Origin: Takakia lepidozioides
Taxonomy: Eukaryota > Plantae > Bryophyta
Assembly (NCBI GenBank): GCA_030704615.1
Contig: CM060731.1
Span: 41,850,001-41,914,000 of the forward strand
Length of the DNA stretch: 64,000 nucleotides
Direction: 5' to 3'
This document shows, one piece after another, positions 51,397-64,000 of the stretch. The notes beneath the pieces were generated by a model. The model worked only from the letters and a program-made list of their open reading frames with translations. It did not search any database and was not told the origin of the DNA. The position numbers and the translations under genes are program-made. Within the stretch, counting starts at the first letter, position 1. Every line of letters starts with the position of its first letter.

Positions 51397-54300
51397 ATGG
51401 ATATCTCCCCCGTGTTGCAAACAAAAGTACAGTTCAAAGGTCTCCATCGCCGTGATCTCTGTTCGTCTCCGATACAATTTCCTCAACATGTAAATTCTCC
51501 AGGGATATATGTTTCCTGTCCGTGCTTCGATGTAGGAGGGTTTAACAAGCAACGCAACAGCTTTACGGTCGTCACTGCCAGAGTGGGCGTTTCAAACCTG
51601 GAGAGTAACAACAATGATGGTGAAAGTGGGCCTCTGCACAGCCAGTTTCGATGGATCGAGGATGGGGGTGGAGGGCCGAAGGTTTTTCATGGATCGAGGG
51701 AGAGAGAGTGTAGGAAATTATTCGCGAGGAAGCTGGAAGGAGAGGAAAGGCGAGGAAGACCACGAAGTTACAGAGAGAGCCTGGAAACGGCAAATAGAGA
51801 AAGGGACAAACTCGAAGGATTCCCTGGAGGTGCTGATCACAGAGTGAAAGAGGATGGAGGACGAGGAAGAGATACTGTCGACAAAGGAAGAGCAGGAATA
51901 GAAGAGAACCGTGATGGAAGAGGCAAATATGGAGGAAGGATATCGATACAGGAGCGGATAGATCGGCGAGGAAGAGATATCCAAGGTAGGTCGAAAAGCG
52001 TGGAACAAGAAAGGAGACAGGAGGGAGAGAAGAGGAGAGAGAGAGCAGAGCCAGAGTTAGCCGGGCACATAGATGTGATTACCAGTGCGGCCAATGCATA
52101 TGTGAAGCATTTGGTGAAGCTGCGGCAGAGTGCTAGCTATCGGCATTCATCTGGCTCTGTTATAGTTGTGGGCTCCATTCCTCTGAGGTATTTCTCGATG
52201 ATGTATTGTGAGTATCCACCAGAGAATAAGCTCACGTACGTCGAGGCCACGATTATAGGGACTTGTTAATGAGTCCTTCGACTCTGTGTTTCTCTTTTCC
52301 CCTCACTCCCTTCAAATCCATCAAGGGATTTGTGCCTGTACCTCTGTTTACCAACTTTGAAAATCTCGAGGCTGAGCCAAAAGTCCAAGTCCTTTTGGGG
52401 CCTATTTATTGGGCAAATCACACACAGCAGATTGATGCTTGTGTAAAGGGATTTCTAGAGGATATCTGGAAAACTCGGATCAATTGTCTGTTCCAAGGTA
52501 AGTCATACTACAGGCGTCAGCCCCTGACAAAGGTGGTTTCTGTCCCTTTGTGTTCCGCTCAAACTGGGCGCAGGGTCAATGGCCACAAGGCTACAGCAAA
52601 CATTGTCTTATGAGTACATTCTCTCCCCCTCACTACCTCCGTCTTTTGATTTCCTCGGAAAGGGTTTAGGGCATAGCAAGGACCCATGGGTGGACCTCTT
52701 CTCACAGTACTTTGGGAACATGACAAGTGGCCTCTTCCTGCATGTAATTGTCTGTCCTAAATCATAGGGTTTAGCAGGATTATAGAGGCCCCACAATAGG
52801 GCTGGAGAGCAAAAGTTACCACAACACCGAGCTCAAGGATAATGTGGCATGTTCAGTTGCACTAAAACTCATGTATCGTCTGTACATAACTTATCTAGTG
52901 GTGATTGTTACTTGGGTATGAATCAATTTCAGTCTACGATCAAAATTTTAGAACTGAACCTGTTTGTGTGGCTATTGTCAAAGGGAGATCTGTGAAGTCT
53001 ATGCAAAGGAAGGGATAAGCAACCACCAGCCTGTTGAGGTCCTATTGATACTGGAGGGGGCAGCTGTGCCAGCTGGGCTTAGCTCATGTCCACAGAGGAT
53101 CGTACATGTGAGCGATGCTGTGATGCGTAAGGTGTCAGGTGTTGATTCTTCACAAGGGGTTGAAGCCGTTGGGGTGCTGCAGCTACCCACTTCCTTCTGC
53201 AACTTGGAGGAGGTGGAGGATTCATTTGCAACAGCTACTATTTGGTGTTGTTCTCCACATCGTGTGCTGGTGCTTGATGCTATTCAGGTCAGACTTCTCT
53301 TTCTCTCTCTTTCTTGTTCTTGTTCCCTCTAGACCTATATTTCTCTCCTCTTTCTTGTTTCTCTTTCTGCCAAGAGACGGCTCATCACCACCAGAAACTT
53401 TTGGTTTCCAAGACCAGAAATGTTTGGCAGTTTAGCTTCCTGAAGAACTGTCGTCATTTTTGTCGTGTAGTTCTACTGTATATTGCAGGCCTTCCTCTGT
53501 CTTTTGAACATAATATATTTCTTTACTCATCTTCCTTCCTGTGTCTCTTATCAGGGACAACGTCATAACGATGCCTTCCTTCCTCTCTACTAAGTTCTCC
53601 ACATCCATCATGAGGGATTTGGGTAACTTCAGAGTTGGAGTTCTCTCCCATGTGCCAATACAAGGAGTGGGGGGCAGAGGGGTGCAGAATGGGTGATGGT
53701 AGGCTAGACAGGAAGATGGAATAAAAACCCAGTAGGTTTTGTCTATTTCTACCACCTGTGAAATTTATTCTAATACCCGACCTACTACAAGATCGGGGAA
53801 GATTTTGGTCTTAAAACAGATTCCTCGTCCCTGGCAGAGGCCTTTATTTATGAAGACCTGAAGCTCTTAGTGGCGAGTTGCTTGGGAGGCACTGTGTCTT
53901 TGTGTAACATTTGGACTTCCCATTTATTCTTTTGTTTCTGCACTTCTACATGTTTACTATGTGTGGAGATTCTAGATTCATAACATGCTGGAGGCATCTT
54001 TGGCATGTACAGGATCCAGGCAACCTAGGTACTCTGTTACGGACTGCGGCTGCTTTTGGTTGGGTATGTGATTCCCAATTCTTCTCTCGCTCTCACACAC
54101 CAGCTTGGTCATCAGAGTACTGTTGGAATCACTATGATTTCTCAACACTGCATTACTTTCCAAGGGCTGTATTTAGTAGCTCTACTGTGCATCCCTCCTT
54201 ATGACTGTCTCTTTTGTGTTTTGAGGAAACTTGATGCAAGAGTCAGGATGTAGTTGATTCATATGACAGCCATGATATGATTGATGTTCAAACAATGGTT

Positions 54301-54846
54301 CTCCAGGATGGAGTTTTCTTGTTACCGGGCTGCTGCGACCCGTTCAATGAGAAAGCTTTGAGGGCATCAAGGGGGGCATGCTTTCGGATACCAATTGCTA
54401 CCGGTCAATGGAACCAATTGCGGGCATTTGCAGACACTAATCGGATGAAGCTCTATGCCGGTGAGCCAGAATCAGAGAACTCGGTATCTTTGAGCAAGAC
54501 AACTGCTCGGAGGGACGAAGGTTGCGACCAACCAGAGCTCCTCAGAGCATTGGTGGATGGTGATAGGGGGAAGGAGCATGGAGAGTCCGAGGCACTGACA
54601 GTGGCTGCTGGTTGTACATCAATTCTAGATTCGCTGGCAACTGCTGCAGCAGAAGATGCTTTGTGCTTGGTGCTAGGCAGTGAAGGACAGGGTCTCTCGG
54701 AGGTTGCTAGAGAGGCCTGTGACTATGTGGCTATACCGATGCCTGGTCAATTTGAGTCGTTGAATGTTGCTATAGCAGGTGGGATATTATTGTTTTTGAT
54801 GAAGTGTGGTTTGCCCTTCCCCAGTTCTCCGAATAAACATTTGTGA
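51397..54846 (+). CDS. SpoU/TrmH-family (SPOUT) RNA methyltransferase, probably organellar; 4 exons
   Basis: Exons at about 51397-52187, 52984-53287, 54013-54063 and 54307-54846; ITSAANAYVKHLVKLR, VLVLDAIQ|DPGNLGTLLRTAAAFGW|DGV, KALRASRGA, LVLGSEGQGLS, IPMPGQFESLNVAIAGGILL. Confidence 0.93.
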
Positions 54847-56895
54847 CTAGATACTGGTAATGTCGATAGCTTTTGCTAGTTGTTAGGAACGGGCGGAGCT
54901 TCTCCTAGTGTCACTAACAGTGGATCGTCCTTGATCTCCAATCTCTATCACACCAGAAATTGTGGAGTAGGCTGGATATCTCTCAGCAGTGCTACCCAGT
55001 TCCACTCAGTGCAAAGTCGAGACTGCAAGATTTGTAGTCAGAAGCCAGACCAAGCACACTACCATACTAAAGCAAGACAAGTTTCGACAGATTCTAAGAT
55101 CAGACAAGAACCAACCCTTTCAACTCCGTGCAAATTTAACACATTGCCAGGGCACCATTGCTTCACAGGTAGCAAGCAGCCGCCTCCTCCTTTGGGAGCA
55201 TAAATTATGGTGTCTCCTGATCCCCATGACTACTGTGGAAGGTGGACACTTTGAACCCTAGATCACCTCGGTTATGCACAGGCAACTGGGCTACCTCCTC
55301 TAGTGCAATTCAAACACAATGAAGTATGTCATTCCTGCAAAACAGAAATCAAAAGGGTGGCGTCAAGTAGAGAGAGGATCAAGGAAGCGTTGGAGTGGGG
55401 ATATTTGAACACCAGATCACCTACAGGCAAGGCACAAACTCCCAACCACTAGGCTACCTGCCCTAGTGCGTGTCAGGAAGGGTATAGCTAGCCGCAGTGG
55501 GTCACATGGGGCGAGCCGCGCCACTGACAGACCGCACGTGCGTGTGGGCCTTCTCCGTCGCTCACATCTCCCAGCAACCAATCCGCCCACGACACCCCCA
55601 CTTATTTTCACGCAGATATTTCCAAAATTTCAAGACGTTCTGCCTACTTATACGATATTTTACATATATATATTGATTAATTAATTGCCTGATACGGCTT
55701 ATGTCGCTTATCGGACTATAAGTCATGATACGTCCAGTAGGATGAGGAAACGTGGCGAGGCGCTGACGTGCGGATAGATGTGGAGATACCATGTCGCACG
55801 CCAACGACACGCGCGACCTGCTGCTCCTCATCCATCCACTTGATGGATGTCGTCCACGGGCTAAACTCTGACAATGAATTTAATTAGAAAATATGTAAGA
55901 GATATAATAATAATAAATTTATATTGGTTGAATCTTGCTTGACGTCTATATATCTATATATATCTATATATAGAGGATAAAAACAGATTTATTTTTATTT
56001 TTTTTAAAGGACAGTCTGAGAGAGACCTAAGAATTTTATTCATGAGGAAAAAGTAACCTCACATGACATGCCATGGAGGCTGATGAAAGGGACGCCGCCC
56101 TAAGCCTGGACCAGACAAAGTATCACTCCCTAGAGAAAATCAATCATAGGGGGAACACAAGGCCACGGCGAACCTCTAGCGATCATGGAATTCTAGATTT
56201 TCAAGAGCTAACTTCTGCAAAACAGCTGGTCAAATATGGGGGTTGGCACCGCGTGAGCACAAACGGCATCAGCAAAACAAAAATCGATGCGTGAGCAGCA
56301 TCTACGGTTATAGGGGTGATATGTACATCAGCGGGAAATAATACATAGGTTTTACTGCATTAATATGGTCTCCATGGTGTCAAAATATAATCTTAAACAT
56401 ATAGAAGGAGCTTGAAAGGGAGAAACCTTAAAAAAAACAAAAAACAAAACCAAACCCCAATTTCGTCGACGAAACCAAGTTTCGCTAGCAAAACCCGTTT
56501 CCATTTCGTTGGCGAAACCCGTGGTTCTTGGAGATGTTCTACACACAATGTTACCAAATGCCACATTGTTTACGTGCGCTGATCTTTTGAGTTCTGGCAA
56601 ATATAGTTGTGGGTCTTTGTGCTCACGCGAGTTAAGCTTTGGACGATTAATTTCATGATTTTTTTCGCGTGAGCACAGTTTTCAGATAGATTCGTATTTC
56701 TTACCGCGTGAGCGCATTTTGGTTTCGCAAGCGCATATTCTTCAGAATCCTTTGGAATATTTGGAATATTCTTTTGTGCTCATGCTAGTGTGAGCATGCT
56801 CACATGCTACCTAACCTCGTCAAATATTTTGACCTCATTAACTGTTAACACTGTCACAAGTCACAACGCTGCTAAAGCAAACTAATTTGTTGACC

Positions 56896-56927
<32 letters not shown>

Positions 56928-57669
56928 ATATATATATATATAAAGGAAATAACTGTCTATAGTCTATACTATAACAGATTTGTCTTACTATAACAGTTAG
57001 ATTAGGATTAGGATTAGGATTTCAGCTTGGTGATGTGATAGGTTTGGGTAATCTGGGTGGATTGGGATCTAAATGCCCACTATGACAATGCCCACATGGC
57101 CTCTTGTTTAGATGAAGGTCCCTAAACGCCGGATCGACCCATTTTGGGTCGCACCTTGTTTTTCAAATAGCCATATCTTCTTGGATCCGTATCTGATTGG
57201 ATTTTGGTAAACAGCAAAATTATAGCCCTCAAGTCAGGCTTTCCAATGGCACCTTCCCGAGGCTGATGGGTGTAGATGGCAGGAAGCTATGGTGATCTGC
57301 GCGGCCGAAATGGTTAATTTCGAGCAGATCGTCAGTTGGATATGGTTTGCCGCTGCCCGAATCTTGGGCAAGGTGCGGGTACCTGCCCACGCTGGCACGT
57401 CAGGGAGCCCTACGAGATGGGGGGTTGTGGGGGACCTACCCTCTGCACGGTCTGCAATGAATGCAGGCTGCCAAGGGGGGCTAACCGCCGCTCCACATGA
57501 CTGGCTCTGGAGGGTGACCCAGATTCCCATGGGACATGCCCTGAGAAACATGGGGCGATGCAGAATTACATGTCTTGGCAAAGGAAATCCAAATCTGAGG
57601 GGATTTTCAAGATGAATTGAAAAATAAATTCAGGAATACAATCCCAACTTGATTTTAGGACGTTGGGAC

Positions 57670-58175
57670 CAGTGTTGTTCTAGTATCAGTGTTAGGACAT
57701 ACCAGACTGGTCCTGGTACCAGACGTATCACAATAAATTTATACCAGTCTGGTCTATATAATGGTGGATGTATAATTCTCTACATACTGGTATGAGTATG
57801 AGTATCATGACCACAATATCAGCTGGTACGAGATATCAATTCTGGTATCATTCCAAAGCCATCTTGAATTACAAGTTTATCACTAGCAAGTATCAAGTGA
57901 AAACAAATAAAATATAAATAAAGAAATAAATATACATAAGTACAAGTATGTAGGCATATATACACATAAATTAATATAGTATACATACCAGAGTAAATGA
58001 GGAAGACGGCGGGGAAGTACTGGTATTGAGGCTGGTATGAAAAAACTGATACCAGCCTGGTCTGGTATATGACCCAGTATTCTCCCAAATGATACCAAAC
58101 TGGTCTGGTATCTAATACCAGTGCATATAGCAGTATTTTATACCAGTCCTTCACCTATATACCAGACCAACACTG
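57670..58175. mobile_element. hAT-type MITE
   Basis: TIRs CAGTGTTG / CAACACTG; 8-bp TSD GTTGGGAC at 57662-57669 and 58176-58183; internal ATACCAG/CTGGTAT repeats. Confidence 0.9.
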
Positions 58176-58989
58176 GTTGGGACTGTTCAGTTTTCCAAAA
58201 AACACACCCATGTTTTCCCCAAAATAAAAAAGGTGGCAACATACATAAAATGAACTTTGTGGACCCCCCTCCGGATCACTACAAAGCAGGTATAATCAAA
58301 TCTTGTCCAAAAACTCTGCAACTTTAGGAGACTCGGGTGGCCAACATCATGAGACATGTCCATGTAAAATTTTAACTCAATTGGACCAGCGACCATTTAG
58401 GAATTTCAATAATATTTGTCAGGGGTCGCTCCTAAAAACTAGAAATAAAAATAAAAATAAAATCATCATGCTAAACTCTGGTGCTTTGGCGGCCTAAATG
58501 TTATTGTACACAAGAGGTATAGTAATAATAGGGCGGTAGCCACAAGGTGAAGTGGCTCTCAGTTACGCCAACTACACTCCCTCGTCCTGAGCTCAAATCA
58601 CCATTGTTTACATCAGCGATCCTTTTATTGGCTGATGGTTAAAGGAAATGAGGTTGACAAAAACGTTGGATTTCGCCAAAATCTGATCTGGTCGGCGCAT
58701 CCTTCGGTCGGCAAAAGGGAGACACATGTCGCCATCTTGGTGGGTTAGAATGGAGGTCCAGATCGCTATGTGGTCTCCCATTCCGCACATAACACCCAAA
58801 TATCATTTCGAGTCCACCAAGGTTTATATATATATATTCAAAAAAAGAAACCTGGGAGCGACTGCTCACAATTCAGGTCCTCGAGGAGGGGGGAAAATTA
58901 ACCCCCTTTCAGATAAGCCATTGGGCACATAGGAGGGAAACATCACCGCCAGACCAACTGGTCACGAACAATCCACACACCGCGAAGGG

Positions 58990-59053
58990 CAACGGGTTCG
59001 AACCCTGAACCACCAGGGTGACACACTATGCACTTACCAGCTGAGCTCTGACC
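58990..59053 (-). mobile_element. tRNA-derived SINE head
   Basis: Minus strand reads ggtcagagctcagctggtaag (A box) ... gggttcgaaccc (B box). Confidence 0.6.
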
Positions 59054-59504
59054 GTTCCATCGTGTTATGGTCAGAGGTGGTTTTTTCCCATCATTATTTT
59101 GAGCGCAGGTTTTGTTCTTTCTTCTCCAACATATTTTATCAAGGTCATGTAGTTTTTGCAGTTACATACTTATCATGGCAGAAGAAGTTGCCCCCTTCTA
59201 CAATGCAACGTTGTGTTTTCGACAACATTACGAACCTTGCTCCTAAACAAAATGTGCAAGATGTTGTTGAGATTAGGACAATCACAAACCATCCCAGCTT
59301 TGATCTCAGAGTTTCATTTTCTCCTCACATAACGGAGCATGTTAAGTTGCCAGACTTCAATTCACCTGATCGGGAAGAAATTGACCATATGCTTATGAAT
59401 TTACTTGAGGAGCTAAATGTGCTATCGATTACTTTGATGCTCAACTTCGAAGCACTTCAATTTCTGTTTAAAAATTTCGTATTGTATACAAAGTAGCAAG
59501 GGAA

Positions 59505-59622
59505 TTAGTCTCTAGAGCAACAACTGGAGCAACTCCATCTCTGACGATGTCAACATGGACCTCTTTACCTAGACTGATATATGCCTTGAGAACACAGATG
59601 ACCGTGGCATTATTGGGTTCCT
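59505..59622 (-). pseudogene. PPR L-motif remnant
   Basis: EPNNATVICVLKAYISLGKEVHVDIVRDGVAP. Confidence 0.6.
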
Positions 59623-60140
59623 GTTATCTTTCAAAGACAATTTCATGATTCACAACACGAATGTTGAGGTTCGCCAAGTTGCCATGCAAGTAGAGTAAAC
59701 GGTGAAGTAGATGAAACGTCATACTTGCCTCGCAAAAATAATTAAGTACATGCCCGCCACAGAATCTGCCCGAAACATGGAGGACCCGAGCATTCTGCCA
59801 ACTACTCGTGCATTTTGCCCGGGGTATTATGCGACCTATTCGGATTCTGCTACCCACTTGAGCATTCTGCTACCTACTCGAATATTCTGCCATTTAAGAG
59901 AGGGGCAAAAATGGCAGAAAAACCACCTCCTGACCATAACGTAGCGGAAGTTCCCCCACCTGGGGGCCACCTTGGTGTTCGAGTCTTCTGCCTGGGGCTA
60001 CGCCTTCGGTCTACTCCCCTCACACCGCAGTACGCCCTCCAAGGGGGGACGGGGACTTCCCCCATACATAATTAGGAGAGACTGATAATTGATCAGTGAC
60101 AAGTGTGATTAGTGAAAAGAAAAGAAATTAGAAATTAGTT

Positions 60141-60660
60141 CACTACAACAGATCGCGGTATATATGACTGTATATATGATTATCCCGTAGTCATAAACGG
60201 TACATATGACTGCAATGACTTTAAGTCGTGCAAACCAAGTGAATACAATGAGTACAGTATGGTCGGTCATGGATGACTGCAGTCAGATGAACCAAGTGAT
60301 ACATCTCACTGTCATGTGGCAATCATACATACTTCTACCATATATAACTTAGTGTGCTGCTACAAACTGTACACGTGTCTCTTTTTAATAAGTCCATGAG
60401 GTTTTGTGGATGTGCGTCATATGGTGTCTCCAGAATCTGCCACGTGGCATATCCATGAGGTGGTCCTGCAGTCATCATCCTGACTACAACCATGCTAATA
60501 TCTGGACACGTGGCATATATTGAGGAGGTCTTGTAGTCATGATCCTGACTACAACATGCTGATATCTAGACACGTGGCATGTATTGAGGAGGTCTTGCAG
60601 TCATGATCCTGACTATGACATGATGATATGTGGACACGTGGCATCATATGAGGGGTTCTT
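60141..60660 (+). mobile_element. CACTA (En/Spm) terminal fragment with tandem repeats of about 64 bp
   Basis: Starts CACTACAACA; subterminal atatgact repeats; three gagg..cagtcatgatcctgact..gacacgtggcat units at 60440-60645. Confidence 0.65.
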
Positions 60661-60989
60661 TGGAACTTTTAAATGTATAGGACAGTCAGAACCACGACTA
60701 TGTTTATCTCGTTAGGATTAGTATTATTCAAATATTGAACAAAGAGAATAACAAAGGGAAGAACAAATAGACAAAAAATGCTTAAAGACAGCAGTAGATG
60801 TAAGAGCTTCTCTTAAACTGCTGCCAGTCAAATTTACAATATAGCACCGAAGTCCCAAAATCTAGCTCCTCAAACAATAGTCTGACAAAGTGTAAATGAT
60901 ACTACATATGCACTGAAGATATCAACACATGTAAAATGCGAATGTCGTTCTACGTTTGCTACTGTTCCAGCACAACAACAAATCAGCAT

Positions 60990-62932
60990 TATAGGGTGTA
61001 CCCACATTTCGCATGTACACCTCCACGAGGGTATTGCTCAGAATGACTGTATTTGGTACAATTCCAGCTCTGACAATGTTACCATGGACTTCTGTGCCCT
61101 TTTCCAGAGCTGCCAGGCTTGCACATGCATTGCAAATGCACAAAAACGTGATGTGGTCGGGCTTCACCCCTTCCCCCATCATTTGATCATAGGTCTCCAA
61201 AGCCTCCATACCACGTCCCTGCTGTGCATACCCTGCAAGCATCGCGTTCTACGACACCACATCTCATTCAGCCATAGTGTTGAAAACTCCCTTCGCATCC
61301 TTAATGCACCCACATTTGGCGTACATGTCCACCAGGGCAGTGTTCAGAATGACATCTGGTACAATTCCAGCTTTAACGATGTCACCATGGACCTCTTTCT
61401 GGCCCTCTTGGATGAATTTGGACCCACACTCTATCCCGTTCCTTCAGCTATCCATGCCTCTGCACAAATCATGCATACATCCTTGTCTTGCTGCTAGCAG
61501 CTGACGATGACAGCTTAGATTTGTTCTAGGAAACACCCAACTCAACTTATCACACTAGTTCTTATGCTCAATTGCATCTGCTACTCTCTATAATCAGACA
61601 GACATTCACCTTCTTGCCTCATAAAAGTATTCATTCCACAGCTTCTCCTCATCTCTGTTACCTGTTACTGGATACTTTCATGTTGTCACATTGGCAGTAT
61701 CATATCAAAGTCACTCCAAACTGGTTCACTCAACCAACTAACATGCAGAATTCAACATGGAAACTTAGGGTCGATTATGATAAAAAGGAAAAACAGGGTG
61801 AAATGTGTTGAAGAAGGTGCCTTCAGTAGTAGTGCCTGATTTGTCAATTCCACCGCTACTGCTACAGCTTCAGCTTCCACTTGACCATCTATCCATGCAG
61901 ATTGCTAGTAGCTATTGATCCACAGGGAATCATAGGAGCTGAAGTCCATACATGTCCACCAGGGCAATGTTCAGAATGGCATCTAGTACAATTCCAACTT
62001 TGACGATGTCACCATGGACCTCTTTCCCCTTTTCCAGAGCTCCCAAGCTTGCACACGCATTGCAAACACAAACAAACATGATGTGGTTGGGCTTCACCCC
62101 TTCGCGTAGCAGTTGCTCATAGGTCTCCAAAGCATTCCTACCACACCCATGTTTGGTAACTCCTGCCAACATTATATTCCACATGATTAAAGTTCGTTGA
62201 GGCATTCTGTTGAACACTTGGTGAGCATACATGATGCTCCCGCACTTAACATACATGGAGACAAGGGTGTTGAGTAGAAAAACATTTGGCGTGCATCTAC
62301 TTTGGATAATGTAAGTGTGCACCTGCTTTCCAGCGTCCAGACCTTCCATATTGATGCACTTAAGCAAGGGACAGACACACGTACCTGAATCTGCTGAAAT
62401 GCCTCATTGGCTTAAAGTCTGTAGAGCCTATGTCAGTCTGCCTACCGCAAAGCATCTTCACATGCCCAGAAGTGCCAGAAGAGGCATCGTGGACTCCCTC
62501 TCTTGATCCTCTTTCAGAAGTTGTGGTCATGATTGAGGTGCCTGGTTTTATAAACTGTGCCGCTGCAACTGCAGCCTTTAATTGACCATCTACCATGCAC
62601 GTTTCTTGTAGCTATTGATCCATATGGAATCACATCTGGTACAATTCCAGCTTTGGCGATGCAACCATGCACCTCTTTGCCCTTTTCCAGGGCTGCCAGG
62701 CTTTTACACGCGCACACAAACCTGATGTGGTCGGGCTTCACCCTTCCCCAATCATTTGCTCATAGGTCTCCAAAGCCTCCATCTCATGCCCCTGCTGTGT
62801 ATACCCTACAAGCATGGCATTCCACGACACCACATCTCGTTCCCCCCACGTTCCATGAGATCACATCTCGTTCAGCCAGAGTGTGGAAAACTCCCTTCGC
62901 ATCCTGAATGCACCCACATTTGACAAACATAT
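60990..62932 (-). pseudogene. Scrambled PDF-motif + PLS-PPR pseudogene(s)
   Basis: PPR blocks (KGKEVHG, DMYAKCG, WNIML) alternate with PDF pieces DSIWINSYKKRAW.DGQL (about 62630-62575), DFSSYDSLWINSY*QSAWIDGQV (about 61945-61875) and IHPRGP (about 61420-61400); many stops and deletions. Confidence 0.85.
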
Positions 62933-64000
62933 TGTCATGGTTTTAGTCATGGTTAACTAGAATTACCTACTTCTAGTTAACTATGATATTTTGGATATTT
63001 ATATTTGTATTTTGTGTGTTGGAACTTCATTTGGTCTTACATGCCAAGTGAGGTGTCAAACCTCACTTGGGACATGGGGATGGGTTTTCCCCTTGTGAGT
63101 GTTGAGGAGGGCTCATCTTCTTGTAGTTGAGCCTCCATGAGCCTCTCCCACCTCCATAGCTCTAGGTATTGAGAGGGAGTGTGGTGAGGGCTTTGTAGGG
63201 TGGATTCCTTTAGCAAAGGTGCCCTTGGCTTTACTTAGTTTATGTGATTGAGTGGATTCATGAGTAGAGTGATTCCATTGTGTGTTCACTTCCATTATCA
63301 CTACAAGAAGATCTCCTTATGCTTGTGAGTGCGGAATGTAAGGGTTAGTTTAGCACTTGTGTGTTGGAGAAAGCTTGGTAAAGAGCTCTTATGTTGCAAG
63401 GTGTTGCAGGTGTTGCAAAGGAAAATCCTTGTGGCGTGGAGAACATGGATGTTAGGGTTTGAGAAACATTACTTTGCTCTATAGAGGTGGAGAGCTTGGA
63501 AAAGAGCTCTTGCATCACAAGAGAAGCGTCTTGTGTGTGGAGAAGATAGACACTAGGGTTTCAAGAGCAAGCTCTAGTTGTTCATGGTGTGAAAGAGAAG
63601 CCAAAGAGCGGCACATGTTTGGGTTGGAATAGAAGGAGTACAACAAGGGTAGCTGGAGGAGCATTGAGTAGCTCAAGAGAAGCTAAGAAGTGGTTGTTCT
63701 ATCCATGGTGAAATGAAGCCAAGTAGGGTTTTATTTGGTTGACAAACAAGCAAGCAAAGGTGGCGCTAGAAGGGAGTGTTTTTGCTAGTTATATGAGTTC
63801 TTGGATTGCTCTTGGTGAAGCAAGTGGTTGACCAAGCAAGTGGCGCATGTGTGGAGCATGCTTTACAAGTGTGGCTTCCAATTCAAGCTTGAGGAGAGCT
63901 AGAAGGTGAAGTGAGCAAGTTCATTCCTTGTGTATGAGGTGGTGCATGTTGTGGAAGAAGTTCAAGATGACTCCAAAGTGAAGCATGTGGGTGAGAATTC
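62933..64000 (+). mobile_element. LTR of a retroelement inserted into the PPR pseudogene; runs off the window
   Basis: Abrupt TGTCATGG start cutting the PPR segment MFVKCG; shares motifs (gcatgtgtggagcatg) with the inverted 25100-26971 segment. Confidence 0.6.

Noticed and set aside
56896-57021. Poly(A), (TA)n and (TTAGGA)n as an interstitial telomere or Helitron start
   Set aside because: Only about four non-canonical units, and no matching element end could be defined.
58990-59053. Functional tRNA gene (also 705-766)
   Set aside because: A and B boxes are present but there are no consistent acceptor or anticodon stems; a SINE head explains it better.
59062-59496. 144-aa ORF
   Set aside because: It has a non-ATG start and no recognisable motif, and lies among TE and pseudogene debris.

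Overview
Nuclear DNA from a land plant, probably an early-diverging lineage with abundant organellar RNA editing (inferred from the highly regular PLS-DYW PPR genes and the CRE-like and Tcn1-like retroelements). The left half (1-29 kb) is a nest of transposable elements. It holds a TIR-NB-ARC-LRR pseudogene whose TIR/NB intron contains a complete 13-kb Ty3/gypsy element (LTRs, 5-bp TSD GAATG, PBS, PPT, gag-pol and a long extra 3' ORF), followed by a CRE-like non-LTR element, a truncated chromovirus, an LTR-like segment and an L1 relic. The right half holds gene fragments (ThrRS, NAPRT, PPR), a possible SPH-like secreted-protein pseudogene, a phosphoacetylglucosamine mutase paralogue with eroded catalytic motifs, an LYRM7/MZM1-like gene, a SpoU methyltransferase gene and several MITEs and SINEs. 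The most striking feature is an intact PLS-E1-E2-DYW editing-factor ORF (48022-50634) with N-terminal PDF motifs of the type that mediate ssDNA binding in OSB/PTAC9 proteins. These motifs are split by introns and largely missed by the ORF track. Scrambled PDF+PPR copies at 61-63 kb suggest this fusion is a gene family rather than a one-off. Coordinates were read by eye and may be off by a few bases. Many single-base frameshifts may be assembly errors.
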